DNA from: Antechinus flavipes | Taxonomy: Eukaryota | Direction of reading: 5' to 3' | Length of the DNA: 64,000 nucleotides | Assembly (NCBI RefSeq): GCF_016432865.1 | Contig: NC_067398.1 | Location: forward strand, 29,946,001 to 30,010,000 | Shown here: positions 10,081-23,320 of the stretch, piece by piece | Layout of the letters: every line of letters starts with the position of its first letter | Numbering within the stretch: the first letter of the stretch is position 1 | Made by a program: the position numbers and the translations under genes | The notes under the pieces: model-generated | Seen by the model: only the letters and a program-made list of their open reading frames with translations | What the model was told of the DNA's origin: nothing | Database searches by the model: none

Positions 10081-11159
10081 TAGTTGACTGAATGACATGG
10101 ATAATGAATCAATTCTAATTTTTAGTGTATTATTTTCTTCAGTTACCTTTTTTAGATCCTTTTACAGTTGGCTGATTAAATTTTTTTTGTTCATTACATT
10201 CTTTTTCCATTTTTCCATTCCTTCTTGCAATGATCTCATTTCATTTCCCCATTTTTCTTCCAACTCTCTTTTAAGATACTTTATGTGATCTTTGAAGAAA
10301 GCCTTGTAAATCAGGGACCAGCTCATTTCTCTTTGGGGTTTCTTCTGGAGTTGCTTTGCCTTTAGGAACCTCAGGATTTGAGGTATGTTCTTTCTGTCTC
10401 CATAAAAGCTGTCTATAATGAAGTTCTTTTTGTTTTTTAATTCATTTTTAAAGGCTCAAGGTCTGTCAATGCAAAGGAGCCACAGCTGTTTTAAGTTGCC
10501 CTAGGGAAGTTCTGCTGATTGATTTCCAGTGCTGGGTAATGGCTGCTGGGTCCGACTTCTTCCAGGGTTCAGTGCTTTACAATTTGCCTTTAGTAGCAAA
10601 TCTGCCAACCCACTTGCTTCTCTGCTCTTTGGTTTCCTCATCTGTAAAATGAGGGAATTCGAGGAGATCAGGGATTAAACCCTTTTGCATTCGTGTCATC
10701 ATTCCACCCCTCTGGCAGTTCCTTCTTGGAAGCATGGTTTCCAAAGGTACACAAAGTAAAATGCATAGCATTACAGAGGAAACCGATTTTTCAAAATACC
10801 ATGAGTTAGCATATTTTAAAAGACAAGGTCTTTGACCCTTGGTAAACTAAGTGATCAGATCTCAGTCTAAAGTCCCATTTTTTTGCTGATATTTCACTGC
10901 CTATCTCTGACCCACCTCTCTTTTTCCCTCTCTTCCCCTGCTTCTCTCCCTTTCTCCCTGCCTTTCCCAGATACATATACATTTTCTCCCTCTTTCTCTC
11001 TTCCTCCCTTTCCCTCTCTTTCTACCTCTCTCCCTCTTCCCCATCTCACACTCTTTCTTTTTCTCTTCTCCCTCCCCTCCCTGTCTGTCTTTTTTTTTTT
11101 TTTTTTTTTGGTCAATCCTTCTCCATCTTTTTCTCTGTCTCCATCTCTTTTTCCCTCTT

Positions 11160-11209
<50 letters not shown>
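11160..11209 (+). repeat. (CT)n microsatellite within a long polypyrimidine tract (about 10905-11230)
   Basis: Direct reading. Confidence 0.95.
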
Positions 11210-11211
<2 letters not shown>

Positions 11212-12619
11212 TTGCCTCTGTCCATGTCTCTGTGTCCCGATATCCCTGTCTTTCAAAAATCAAATACAGGAGCCAAGATTCCAAGTAGTTTACTACCTCT
11301 CTAGAGAGACAAGATATATGAAACAACTATAGAACAAGATGCAAGGGTATATATGCTTGTGCTGAAATGTATGATAATATGAAATGTACTTTACAGGGGT
11401 TCAAAAAATTAGGTCAGATCAATATGGATCTACAGCAGACCCAGAGAACTTCATGGAGGAGTTGGGGTATGAGCTGGGCCTTAAAGAATGGGAAGCGGGG
11501 CAGCTAGCGGGTACAGTAGATAACCTGCTCTGAAGTCAGGAGAACTTGGGTTCAAATCTAGCCTCAGATATTTAACACTTCCTACCTGTGTGACCCTGAG
11601 CAAGTCACTTAATCCCAATTGCCTCACAAAAGAAAAAAAAAAAAAGAATGGAAAGCAAAATGAGAAGGATGAAGTTTTTTCCCAATCAACAATCAGTTAT
11701 TTTGTTCCTGAATCTTGAAGAAGACCAGGGATTCCAAGAGGCAGAGTGAAGAAGGAAGAATTTCCAGGCATGAAAGACACCAGTAATACAAAAGGGAAAT
11801 GGAGTATAGTGTGTGAAAATCACTGAGTAGACCAGTATGGCTGATCAGTAGTTTTTGTGGAGAGGAATAACATTTTTTTTTAACTTTCATACTCAAAAAG
11901 AACCAAAATGAGATTCTATGTTGGGGATCAAGGTTCAGTGTGTCTGTGGCTGAAGAGACCAATAATGAGCTTGAAAGACTCTACCACAGGTGGGAGACAA
12001 ATTGTTCATATGGCTATATAGAGAGACAAATTATGATGAAGCTTAAATGTCAAAAGGAGTATATATTTTGTTCTTAAGGTGAAAGGGAGCCAATGATTTT
12101 GTTGAGTGGAGGAGAGGGGATATCATCAAAGCTACCCTTTCTGAAAATCATTTCCATGAGGATGGATGGATTAGAGCAAGGAATCAAGTAGGAGACTATA
12201 ACACTAGTCCAAGGAAAAGACCTAGGAAGATAGCTATATGAGAGGAGAGAAGGGGACACAAGTAAAAGAAGTTATAGAGTTCAAAAGAACAAGATTTGGC
12301 AAATCATTGGATGGGTGGAGTGAAGAAGATGAAAAGTTAAGAATGACACTAAGTTCTCAAAGTTGGGTAACTGAGAGGATGGTGATAGTGTCAATGGTAA
12401 AGGGAAGTTTGAAAGGGGAGTTGCATCTTATTGGGAGGAAGGAAGAGAATGAGTTGCGTTTGGGGCATGTTGAGTTTGAGATATGTATGGAACATCCATC
12501 CACTGTGAGTATTTAGGAGACCATTTTCGATGCAGCAGTAGACCAAGTAAGAGAATGTAAAGAAGACCCAAGGATTAGTTGACTGAATGACATGGATAAT
12601 GAATCAATTCTAATTTTTA

Positions 12620-13440
12620 GTGTATTATTTTCTTCAGTTACCTTTTTTAGATCCTTTTACAGTTGGCTGATTAAATTTTTTTTGTTCATTACATTCTTTT
12701 TCCATTTTTCCATTCCTTCTTGCAATGATCTCATTTCATTTCCCCATTTTTCTTCCAACTCTCTTTTAAGATACTTTATGTGATCTTTGAAGAAAGCCTT
12801 GTAAATCAGGGACCAGCTCATTTCTCTTTGGGGTTTCTTCTGGAGTTGCTTTGCCTTTAGGAACCTCAGGATTTGAGGTATGTTCTTTCTGTCTCCATAA
12901 AAGCTGTCTATAATGAAGTTCTTTTTGTTTTTTAATTCATTTTTAAAGGCTCAAGGTCTGTCAATGCAAAGGAGCCACAGCTGTTTTAAGTTGCCCTAGG
13001 GAAGTTCTGCTGATTGATTTCCAGTGCTGGGTAATGGCTGCTGGGTCCGACTTCTTCCAGGGTTCAGTGCTTTACAATTTGCCTTTAGTAGCAAATCTGC
13101 CAACCCACTTGCTTGCTATCAGGACAGAGTAGCTTAAGATGCTCACAGAAGATTCCCAGGTTCGGGGAAGCTACAGTGCTCTGACTCTGCACACCAGCTT
13201 CTTGCCCCATCTCCCTGTGCTGTAGTCTGGGTTTGGCAAACTGTCCCCTGCCCAATTGAAACAGACCTGTTCTGAAGTTCTTCCAAGGTATTTTCTTCTG
13301 GAAATATGTTATACTTCAAATATTTGTGGATTCTTTGACTTTAAAACCTGTTGGAATACATGGGAGAGCTGTTGAAATGCAAATTAACCAGAACATTACA
13401 AAAACCAGTTTAGAGGCTTAATCTGCTGTTGGTTTGAGAG
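12620..13440 (-). mobile_element. Old L1/HAL1-like 5'/ORF1-region relic (its first part is duplicated at about 10125-10619)
   Basis: T-rich coiled-coil-like antisense stretch followed by motifs I recall from marsupial L1 5' regions. Family assignment is uncertain. Confidence 0.45.
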
Positions 13441-13589
13441 AAGGGTAGAGGAGGTTACAGAGTCAGCCATCTTGGCTCTGCCCCCAGGTGTCCTGGGTAA
13501 TGAATCAGAAAGGGGAAAAAAAAAGACCTAGAAGTAACAATCAGGTGAGTAGGAGGAGAACCAGGAGGACTATTTTCACTTTTTTCTTT

Positions 13590-13805
13590 TTGGCTTTCTC
13601 TTTTTCTTGGTTTTTCCCTTTTGTTCTGATTCTTCTTTCACCATGTGACTAATATGGAAATGTGTTTAATGTGATTTTTACCTATATAACCTGTATCAGA
13701 TTACTTGCCGTCTTCATCAGGAGGAATGAAAAATATGAAACTCAAAATCTTATAAAAATGAATGTTGAAAAAAATAATGGAGAAAATTTTAATAATAAAA
13801 AGATT
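13590..13805 (+). mobile_element. Old L1 3' UTR fragment
   Basis: tttccctttgttctgattcttctttcacc...aatatggaaatgtgtttaatgtgatt...atcagattacttgcc. Confidence 0.65.
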
Positions 13806-14059
13806 AAATTTATGTCTAGTATATGGTTTTTGGGGTGTGGCAGTTGTTAAATATTTAACCAGTATACCATTGCTAGCACTTCAAGTACATCAAAGTGGAG
13901 TTGACCATGGTTAAAGTATAATTCTTACCTGTATTACCCTTCTTGTTCCTTAGGCCAATTATTGATATAAACAATAACCACTACCCAAAGATTTGCTAAT
14001 ACCCCCTAATGAGAATAGTAGGTATTGGTTGAGTTTTGGATTAGACTTGCGGTTCATAC

Positions 14060-14240
14060 TTTTGTTGTTCAATCCTTTCCGTTGCATTTGGGGTTTTCTT
14101 GGCAGGGATATTGGATCACTTTGCCATTTCCTTCCCCAGTGATTTGATAGACAAGGAAACTGAGGCTAACTGGAAGTGACTTGCCCAGGGTCACACAGTT
14201 AATAAGTATTTACAACCAGATTTGAACAAAGTTGAGTATC
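14060..14240 (-). mobile_element. Mar1-like CORE-SINE
   Basis: Reverse-complement tail and CORE. Confidence 0.7.
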
Positions 14241-15156
14241 CACTTTCTCCATTTTCATTTAAGACTAGGGAAACTTTTCCCACCTACTCCTTTGTAATTT
14301 AGAATCTTAGAGGGTTGCCTGAGGCCCTAAAGAAGAGACTTGAACCGCTTGTGCAGCTTTTTGTATATCTGAGGCAAAACTCAAGTCTTCCCTGGCTTCA
14401 AAGCTGTCAACTATACCTTGCAGTTTCTAATGATTCGTACCTGTAGATTATTTGTACTCTATTCCTTTAACTGTAAACTCCCTGGAGGAGTTTATGTTCC
14501 ATGTTTCTCTGTGATCTCAACATATGTTCCACATACAGAGGGGGTACTTAACTAATGTCATAAATAATAAATCAGTGGAGGGAAAGATGATATGCAGCTC
14601 CATGCCTACATTAGAGGTACTTATTTTAATTTATGTTTCATTCTTCAATTTAACCTTAAGAACCTTTTCAAATTCACTGAGGAGAAATAGATGTCACCTT
14701 CCTAAATCGCCCTACCCATTACTTGTGGTTTGACACTTCCATGCAGCAAAAATGCAAAGGCAGCCCTAAAAGTCAATTATAATCATCATCTTAGGAAATC
14801 ACCTGATGAAGAATATGGATAATCATTTGCAAGGAGTAATAATAAACAAACAAACAAACAAATGCCAAATAGGCAATGTAGTATAGCACAGAGAGGACAT
14901 AGGAAGACTTATGTTCATATCTTGGAAAAACACTACTTGTATGACTGAGTAAATCATTTAACCTTTCAGTGCTCTAGGCAGGTCTCATTTAATTAGAGGA
15001 CAAGTCGAGTAGAGAAGTCATATCAATGAAGAGAGTTTCCACATCAGGAGTTCTTGCAATAGGAAAATAGGTTCTTGATCCTCTCCAGAAAAAAAAAAAA
15101 AGTCAAATTGAACCTATTTGTGAAATTCAAATCTTTAATTAAAAAAACTTTAAAAC

Positions 15157-15559
15157 TCAACAACGATACTGGATGAGGATGTATTCTGATGGAAGTGGAT
15201 TTCTTTGACAAAGAGATCTAATTCAGTTTCAATTGATCAAGGATGGACAGAAGCAGCTACACCCAAAAAAAGAGCACTGGGAAATGAATGTAAACTGCTT
15301 TTATTTTTGTCTTTCTTCCCAGGTTATTTTTACTTTCTGAATCCAATTTTTCCTGTGCAACAAGTGAACTGTTCGGTTCTGCACACATATATTGTATCTA
15401 GGATATACTGCAACATATTTAACATATATAGGACTGCTTGCCATCTGGGGAGGGGGTGAAGGGAGGGAGGAGAGAAGTTGGAATAGAAGTGAGTGCAAGG
15501 GATAATGTTGTAAAAAAAACTACCCAGGCATGGTCTCTGTCAATAAAAAGTTTAAAAAA
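15157..15559 (+). mobile_element. 5'-truncated L1 (3' UTR plus poly(A)) with 16-bp TSD
   Basis: Same 3' UTR family as the 44779 copy. aaaaaaactttaaaac occurs at 15141-15156 and 15560-15575, at a TT|AAAA site. Confidence 0.85.
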
Positions 15560-15929
15560 AAAAAAACTTTAAAACAAAAACAAAAGCCTTTCTCCAAACC
15601 CTAAGTCTAGTAAGACTATGGAAATTCATAGTATGAGAGTGGATTGAAAATAGACTTTGGAGTTAAGAAAACTGAGCTTCATATCTTGCCTCTGATAAAT
15701 CCTAGCTGTCTGATCCTGGGTCAAATTACATAACTTTTCAATGCCCCAAGTACTGTGGAAAGACTATAAATTATAGAAGAGTTGCCTATCTATATCAGTG
15801 GAAGGAATTTTCACACAAGAAGTTCTCTTGCCCTGATGAAATTCCAAATCTGGATCAAGAAAGGAAAAAGGACTAGATAAAATCCAGGTGTATCTCAAAC
15901 TATTGGTAATTTTGGCAGTTCAATTCAAT

Positions 15930-16450
15930 AATCGCCAACTTTTATTGGATCTACTATGTTCCAGAACCATTCCTGAGAATACAAAATAAAACAATGTAAC
16001 CGTCCCTGTCCTCAAGGAGCTTACATTCCACTGGTGGGAAATGATATGGGCTTTGATAACTTGATATAAAAGAAAAGCAAAGTGATTGTGGTAGGAAGTG
16101 CACTACAAATGGGGAAATCGGGTAACATCTCGTGAGAAGTGATAGTTTTAAGACAGCCAAGAAGGGAGCTAGAGATTCTGAGAGACCCTGGCAAAGAAGA
16201 GAATTCTGGGCAGAGTCTAGTTTGTCTGGCACAGAGAGAAGTTGCCTGGGACTAATGGACAACCAGTTTCCAATATAGGCTGGAGCCAACTTTTGAAGGA
16301 TTTTAAAATGCCAAATGCAGTTTGTATATCATCATGGAGGCAATAAAGAGCCATAGAAGCTTTGGGTGTAAGGGAGGAATATCAATTTGGAAAATGAGTG
16401 GAGAATGAATTGGAGAGGAAGGGAGAGGTTAGCTCTGTTGCAATAGTCAT
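15930..16450 (-). mobile_element. L2 relic
   Basis: ctactatgttccagaacc...ccctgtcctcaaggagcttacattc, and later ggaggcaataaagagcca. Confidence 0.7.
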
Positions 16451-16724
16451 GAGTGGATGAGGACCTGGATTAAGGTGGTTTCATTGAGCAAGGCTTAGGT
16501 GTTTGCTCCCATATTATGGTGCAAGCATGAGCCGTGGGGTGTGTTCAGAGTTGCCATTTTTGGATCAACAACACAGAAGCTTTAAGGAAACTGCTGCTGG
16601 TCCTGTGTGACTGATTCATCAATGAGAGGTTTATACTTTGATATAATGAGAGAAGCAGCCAGAGTAAAGTGTGAAGATCAAGTAAAGCGCTTAGTATCGT
16701 ACTTGACACATAGTAGGTACTTTG

Positions 16725-16950
16725 TTGTTCACTCATTTTTCCATCCTGTCCGACTTTTTTTGTGATTCCATCTGGGGTTTTCTTTGGCAGAGATACTGGA
16801 AGGATTTGCTATTTCCTTTTCCAGCTCATTTGACAGATGAGGAAACTGAGGCAGAGTTAAGTGACTTGCTCAACATTATACAGCTAGTAAGTGTCTAAGG
16901 CTAGATTTGAACCCAGGAAGCAAGGACTTCCTGACTCCAGGCCAGCTGCC
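16725..16950 (-). mobile_element. Mar1-like CORE-SINE
   Basis: ttggcagagatactggaaggatttgctatttccttttccagctcatttgacagatgaggaaactgagg. Confidence 0.85.
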
Positions 16951-17211
16951 TGCTTATAAATGCCAATTATCGTTATTGTTCTCATTACTATTATGATAAT
17001 GCTAGAGGGGCTGATGATACAGAAGAGAACAGCCCACCCCGCTCTCCCTCTCTTCCTGTCTGTGAACCCCAGATGACTTTTTGGAGCCACTTCCTGAGCA
17101 TCTGAAGGAGGAAGAGTTGCTGGCTTCATTTCCTCCTGCCGACCTCTGTGTAGTCCTGAGCAAATAGATAAAAAATGCGAGCAACTTCCTCCAATACTTT
17201 TGTTTTTTCAG

Positions 17212-17322
17212 GGTCATCAAAGTGGGCATTCCCTCCAAAGGTGCCAGTTGTACCTACCAAACTTCATGCCGTGCGCCATGCATTCCCATAAACTTCCAAA
17301 GGGAAGAGCTAGCTTCCTCTAG
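17212..17322 (+). other. Candidate exon (111 nt)
   Basis: Acceptor tacttttgttttttcag| and donor CTCTAG|gtcagt, in unique sequence. Confidence 0.35.
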
Positions 17323-18121
17323 GTCAGTCAACAAAGCATAGACACCAGAATAACATTTGAATCACCTCGCCCCATCTGCCATTCCTCTCCCTTGTCACAG
17401 TCCCTGTCACTTGCTTCTCTGATCGTCCATCTCCTAAATGAGATTTCTGAGGCCTCTTTGTCCACAAGTCATTATTAATACCAAGGCCCATCTCTCACCC
17501 TCCACCCTCTATCACTTACAGCCATGATTTCTCTGGTGTCCCATGACTAACTGCAGTCATTGAGGGATTAGGAGAACCTCTGAATCATCGGTATAGGATC
17601 TCTCATGAGAAAATTAACTCTGGTCAACATCTACTCTGCAATTTACAATCTTAGAAAATTGTCTGGGGACACTGAAGGGTTAAATGACTGTGCAAAGTGA
17701 CCAGTAAATGTCAGAGGTATGATTGGAAACTGGATCTTAACTCTGAGGCTGCCTCTATCCACTGGAGGAATACTGATGTTAAAAAGATGGGCTTCTGTTT
17801 CCAAAACTACCTTGGAATCATGGAAACTGCCAAGCAGCTTCCCAAATGCAATCCAGGCCAATGCAAATTATCTGTGATATAAATAACAGATACACTCAAG
17901 TTTCCCATGGATGCGTTACTCTCTTCAAAGGCCATGCCATCGAATTCTCTTATAGGTAAAAATGCTATTTAATGAAGTTCTATTACCTCTATCACTAAAA
18001 TCTTTGGATAGAATCCAAGTCAGATAAGTGCTATAATTCTGCCCTATGTAATAAGGCAATGAAGCTTTATATCAAAGTGAAGACAAGAGAGAGAGCGGGG
18101 GGATGGGAGGGGGGAGGAGAA

Positions 18122-18137
18122 AGAGAGAGAGAAAGAA

Positions 18138-18202
<65 letters not shown>
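18122..18202 (+). repeat. (GA)n microsatellite
   Basis: Direct reading. Confidence 0.95.
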
Positions 18203-18205
<3 letters not shown>

Positions 18206-18519
18206 CAAACATATAGAAAGAGACAGACAGATGGAGACAGAGACAGAGAGCACTCCCTGATTAGTTGTACAGATCAGGAAAGCTTCATAGGAAAACTTAA
18301 AAAAAAAAAATCTTTCTTTTTAGCTGAATTAAATTTCAACAAAAAGATCATAATTTAATTAAAATACGTGGTTTGACAGCTATGGAGCCATAGTTGCTGT
18401 TCTCTCAGGATATTCCTTTCCCAGTGCCTTTTCTTGGCTATCCTCTTTACATGGAATATACTCTGTACTGGCTTCTTATAAGATTCAGTTCAAAACTCAC
18501 CTTTTGCTTAAAAGGTTTT

Positions 18520-18835
18520 TTTGATTTTTTTTTTATTAAAAAAATTTTTTTTAACTAACAAGCATTTATTTTTCTTCCTCCTATCTTCCTCCCTTCAAAA
18601 AAGGAAAAAAAAAATCCTTAAAGTAAAAATACATGGTTAAGCATGATCATACCCATATCTCATTCTGCATTTCTCCACCCAGGCCACTACCTCTGTGCCA
18701 AGGCATGGGCGCCATTATTTGTCACCTCTGAACTCATGGTTGGTCCTTGCAGTGATCAGAGATCTTAGGTCCTTCAAAGCTGTACATTGGTGCTGTACAA
18801 ATTGTTCTGGTTTTCCTGGTTCTCTCCAGTGCCTT
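18520..18835 (-). mobile_element. Old L1 3' end fragment
   Basis: T-rich tail at the left, then aacaagcatttattttt and gtacaaattgttc...ctggttct motifs. Confidence 0.55.
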
Positions 18836-18839
18836 TGAC

Positions 18840-19810
18840 TATTGATCATTCTCTCCTCTTTGATGCTCCTCTTCTTTCTAAGTTTTTGGGATATCATTCT
18901 TTCCTGGATTTCCTTTTATTTCTGACTGCTCATTTTTGTCTCCTTTTCTGGATCTCCTTCTAGATCATAATCCTCAGGATATGGAGGTATCCCTTAGGAT
19001 TCTCTATGACTTTTCTCTGTTACTTCACTTGGTGATCTTAGCTCTCATGCATTTAGTTATCATCTCTATATTGATGTCCAAAAAAAAAAGTCCAAAAAGA
19101 AACTCATTATTTCTACTCTACCTTCCTTGTTACTATAAAGGGCAACACCATCCTCCCAAGTCCCTCAGCTTAGAGACTTTCTGGATTCCTCACTGTCTCT
19201 CACCCATTACATCCAAGCTTTTGTCAAGGTCCACTTATGCAACTCCCTCTGACATCATTACTTCAAGCCTGGACTATTGCAGTAGCTGCATCTTGGGTCT
19301 GCCAGCCTCAAGTCTTTCTACTCCAAGGCATCCTCCATTCAGTCACTAGAGTGATTATTCTAGAGTATAAGTCATGTAAGATGTTACTCACCTAGTTCAT
19401 AAACTCCACTGTTTTCTTGTTGCCTCCAGGATCAAATATAAAGTGCTCTATTAGGTCTTCAAAATCCTTTATAACCTGCATCATCCCAACCTTTCCAGTC
19501 TTCTTATGGCTTACGCTTAAAACAAACCCTCTGTGACAGGGGCTTCCTGGCCATTGTACAAACAAGACATTCCCTCTCTGGATTCTGGGTATTTTTTTTC
19601 CTGCCATATCTGGCTCTCCTTCCTCTGCTCCTCTTATACTCCAGTTTTCACCATCTCAACTAAAATCCCTTCTTCTTCCCCAATTCTTCTTAATTTCCCT
19701 CCATTAATTTTTTTTTTAATATAGCTCCTAGAGGGAAGGGATTGTCTTTTGCCTCATTGGGTGTCCCTAGTTCTTAGCCCAGTATCTAGCACTCAATAAA
19801 TGTTTAGTGA
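18840..19810 (+). mobile_element. L2 relic (fragmented)
   Basis: CT-rich sense L2 pattern (ctggactattgcagtagc, gcctccaggatcaaatataaag), ending ctcaataaatgtttagtga. Confidence 0.75.
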
Positions 19811-20739
19811 TTTTTTGATTGCTTACTTTATTCTGCATCAGTGATGAGATCTTGGGTGGCTTGATAAGTGTTAGCAGAGAGCTTGAAGTACATATAAGAT
19901 TAAGGTGCTCCCTGCAGCAAGTTGGGAAGGGCACTGATGAGATCAGCTCATCCCTGTGGAGATCTTTGGAGACTCCACCTTCCTATATCCAATCAGAAAG
20001 CCAAGTTGTGATGACATTTCTCTTATATATCTGCTCATAGCATAGCCTATCTTTGCTAAATCCCTTTTGGAGTTAGCCCACCATGGTGTTCTGTCTCTTA
20101 GTGCTGTCTTCTCTCCCTCTCCCCCCATATCTCATGGTGTCTTTCTTCTTGTTATGAACAACTCTTTTAGGGTGCTAAACTCTGAATTTAGCCTGCCAGT
20201 CAATGGCATACTTCCACCTCATGGAGTATTCTCTTTCTCTTGATTATTTGTGAGTTCCAAAGGAGAACTTGTCTTTTCCATTATTACTTGTAAAACCTCT
20301 TTCCTTGCTAACTATATGCTCTCCTGAATCTGTTTCATATTTATCACTCCTAGCATCTATTTTACCTCTTCATTTTGTCCATAACCTTTTCTCATAAATA
20401 AAAATACCCTTTGGCAAGAACGCCATTGTGAATTCTTCATATGTGCCTTTCACCTTGTACCTCATATTTTGGACTAGAAATTGCTACCCGAGCCCCATCA
20501 TCAGTTCATACAAATCTTCCTAGATCCCTCTGAAACCTCCCCAGACCCTCAAAATCTAATGCTGTAGCCTGAGACTGCCTTCCGTCTACTCTTAAATTAT
20601 CATTATTTTTCTTTTTTTATTATTATAGCTTTTTATTTACAAGTTATATGCATGGGTAATTCTTATATTATTCTTACTGAAAATACTTTCATTCTAGCAA
20701 ATGCAAATTACAATCCCCAGTTTTGCTGTTCATTTATTT

Positions 20740-20960
20740 CAGTCATGTGTAACTTTGTGATCCCTTTTGGAGGTTCTCTTAGCAAGAATGATTTTCCATT
20801 TCCTTTCCCTATTCATTTGACAGAGGAGGGAACTGAGGCAAGTAGGATAAAGTGATTTGTCCAGGATCACACAGCTAGCAATTATTTGTGGCTAGATTTG
20901 AACTTAGGTTCCTGACTCTAGGCCCAGTATTTTATCCACTATGCTACCTAGTTGCCCTTA
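20740..20960 (-). mobile_element. Mar1/MIR-like CORE-SINE
   Basis: Reverse-complement CORE. Confidence 0.7.
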
Positions 20961-21459
20961 TTATCTAGTATAAACCTTATTATTTACATGTTACCTTCCT
21001 AGTAGAATTTAAGTTCTTTGAGGGCAGGGACTTGTTTTTTTCCTCCCTTTAAAAACATATCCTCATTGCTTAGCACAGAAGTTGACACATATTAAGCTCT
21101 CAGTAGATGTTTGTTGACGGATTGTAAGGAAACAAGCAGGAAGAGATTCAGCTTTTTGAATCTTCCTCATCCTATTATTATGTGTTCGTGGGAGCAAAGA
21201 TGAGGAGGTGGCTTAAAATTAGAAGTAACTCAGAGTGATAGACAAAATTTTGGTACTTGTGGCAAGGATCACAAAATGGGATGTCAAAATGTAAGAAATG
21301 TGTCCTCGAATAAACTTGTTTGAAATAGTCAAGTGGAGAGATATGAAGATACCCCCTTCTTAGGCATCAAGACACAGTATCTGATGGTTTCATAGATTTA
21401 TTTTAATAACTGTCTGTTGTCTTATCTTGCCTTTAGCTAATTGTTCTTTTTAAGTGCTA

Positions 21460-21625
21460 AAATTAAGACCTGAGTTCAAATCTTATCTGCTAACTGTGTA
21501 ATAAATCACTTAATCCCAATTTACCTCAGTTTCTTCATCTGTCAAATGAGCTGGAGAAGAAAATGGGAGAAAACCCCAACTGAGATCACAAAGAGTCATT
21601 TACACCTAATAACTGAATAGCAAAA
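21460..21625 (+). mobile_element. Mar1-like CORE-SINE
   Basis: ctcagtttcttcatctgtcaaatgagctggagaagaaaatgg. Confidence 0.7.
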
Positions 21626-23124
21626 CTAGGTGCTGGATTGGTTTCCAGATGCTAAAATGCAAGCTCTGTCAGTACTCTCTAAATGTTGGTGACTCTGTCC
21701 TACCCTAATTATAAGTTCCTGCTAGCTAGTCTGTTGTTATTTCTTTACTTTTAAATATTATTTCTAGAAGTACTGCCTTCAGCTACTATTAATGAGTGTA
21801 ATTTAGATACCTCTAGGGTTGTCATTTATCAGAAACAATCAAGATTTCTTAAGAAGCAAGAAAAAGGAAGGTGTAATTAGTTCAGGTGTCTTTGACTTCT
21901 CTGAAAATGAATGAAGATTTTCCTCCTTTTGGTCATCCATCTTGTCAGAATGGATTTCTTATGTTTGCTGGTTAAGAAAAGCAGGGGAAGGAAGACCTAA
22001 CTGTTCAAAATATAGCTTCTTTTCTTTAAAATCAAGTGATGTTCCTAATTTCCTATGCTGCAATTTATTGGCAGAAAGAAAAATTAGTAACATGTCTACT
22101 GATACAGTATTAGACAAAACTAAGTCACATATATGTTTGACATCATCCTATTCCTAATATTTAACTTGCAGTAACTCTAACCCCTTGTGCGTTATGTTTT
22201 TGGGTGGATTTTTTTTTTTTTGGATTTAAAAAAATTTAAATTTAATTTACTCCACTCCTTGTTAGCTGGATTCTAAATTTAGCCAGATTCAGAGAAAAGA
22301 TGGAACATTTTAACACAGACATGTTGACTGTTCTGTTATGAATCAGACCCAGGTGGGTAGAAAAAGGAAAAATACAGTTACCGTTGAAAGTCTCTGGCTG
22401 TTAAGAACCAAGCTTTCCACTTAATGTCCTTTTCAGAGCCATTTTCTTACTCAGCCAAGGCAAACAAAATGCAAATAAACTTGTAAGAGCCCTGTTTGCT
22501 GTCCTTGGGAGTGGTGCAGAAGTTTTTTTTCAAAGTTGGAGCTTTTCTGGTTGGTCCATTTAAACATATCTACTGTTACTGAGCCAGTCCTCTCTCAAGT
22601 GCTGGCCAGTATTTATCAGAATGTCTCATTTAAAAATATTTACAGTTGGCAGTGACTTAAAAAAAAATAAAGGAATGAGAACTGATAAAATTCAGCTGAA
22701 AATAATATTTTGCCACTCTCTTTTAGAGTATATCATCAAATAGCATGGGAAGTGATTATAAGCTTTTTTTTAATGGCATTTATTTTACCGTGCAGTCTCC
22801 CATCCTCACTATTGTAGGAAACCCTCATCTTCCAGTTGTGTTTCTTAAACAAGAAACTTCTCATACTTTGACCATTAATTCCCACTACCTTCTTTATCAC
22901 TACCACCAATAATAACCAACATTTAAGGGGTATTACACACATTATCTCTTTTAAGCCTCACAATCCTGTGAACTAGGAACTAGAGTTTTATTGCCCCCAT
23001 TCGACAGATTTAGGGACTTGTTTTGTTCACAAGGCTAGTAAGTGTCAGAATTGGGATCTGAATCTCTAGCTTCCAAAATTCAAATACAACATGGCATCCA
23101 ATAGGATAAGTTATTTCTGGAGCT

Positions 23125-23320
23125 CTTGGCTGTTCTTCATTCTCAAAGAAGATCAAAATAACATCACAATGTTGGGGTGAAGAGTGTGCCCAAATGTGGC
23201 CAATCAGACCAATACAAGCTTGAAAGGTTCTATCACAGATCCGGCAGGAAAAGTCCCCGTGAATATTTATTTGGACTGGAGATTTCTCTCAATTTGTATG
23301 TGTCCGGCTTCTTTTGAGCT
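23125..23320 (-). mobile_element. RTE LINE 3' end fragment
   Basis: Reverse complement matches the 55320 and 57060 copies (gtattggtctgattggccac...gatcttctttgagaatgaag). Confidence 0.7.

Larger units (their letters stand above)
8000..13114 (+). repeat. Tandem duplication: copy 1 8000-10619 (contains the N gap), copy 2 10620-13114 (2495 bp)
   Basis: Direct alignment at offsets 2620, 2494 and 2495. I count 9 substitutions plus homopolymer length changes. Duplicated ORF pairs appear in the track (7945/10577, 9198/11693, 10097/12592). Confidence 0.95.

Noticed and set aside
8263-11332. ORFs of 92-191 aa rich in S/L/F or R/E/K
   Set aside because: They read through the N gap or the (CT)n polypyrimidine tract.
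13479-13495. CTCF-like motif (- strand ACACCTGGGGGCAG)
   Set aside because: Mismatches fall at informative core positions, and it lies beside an old repeat.
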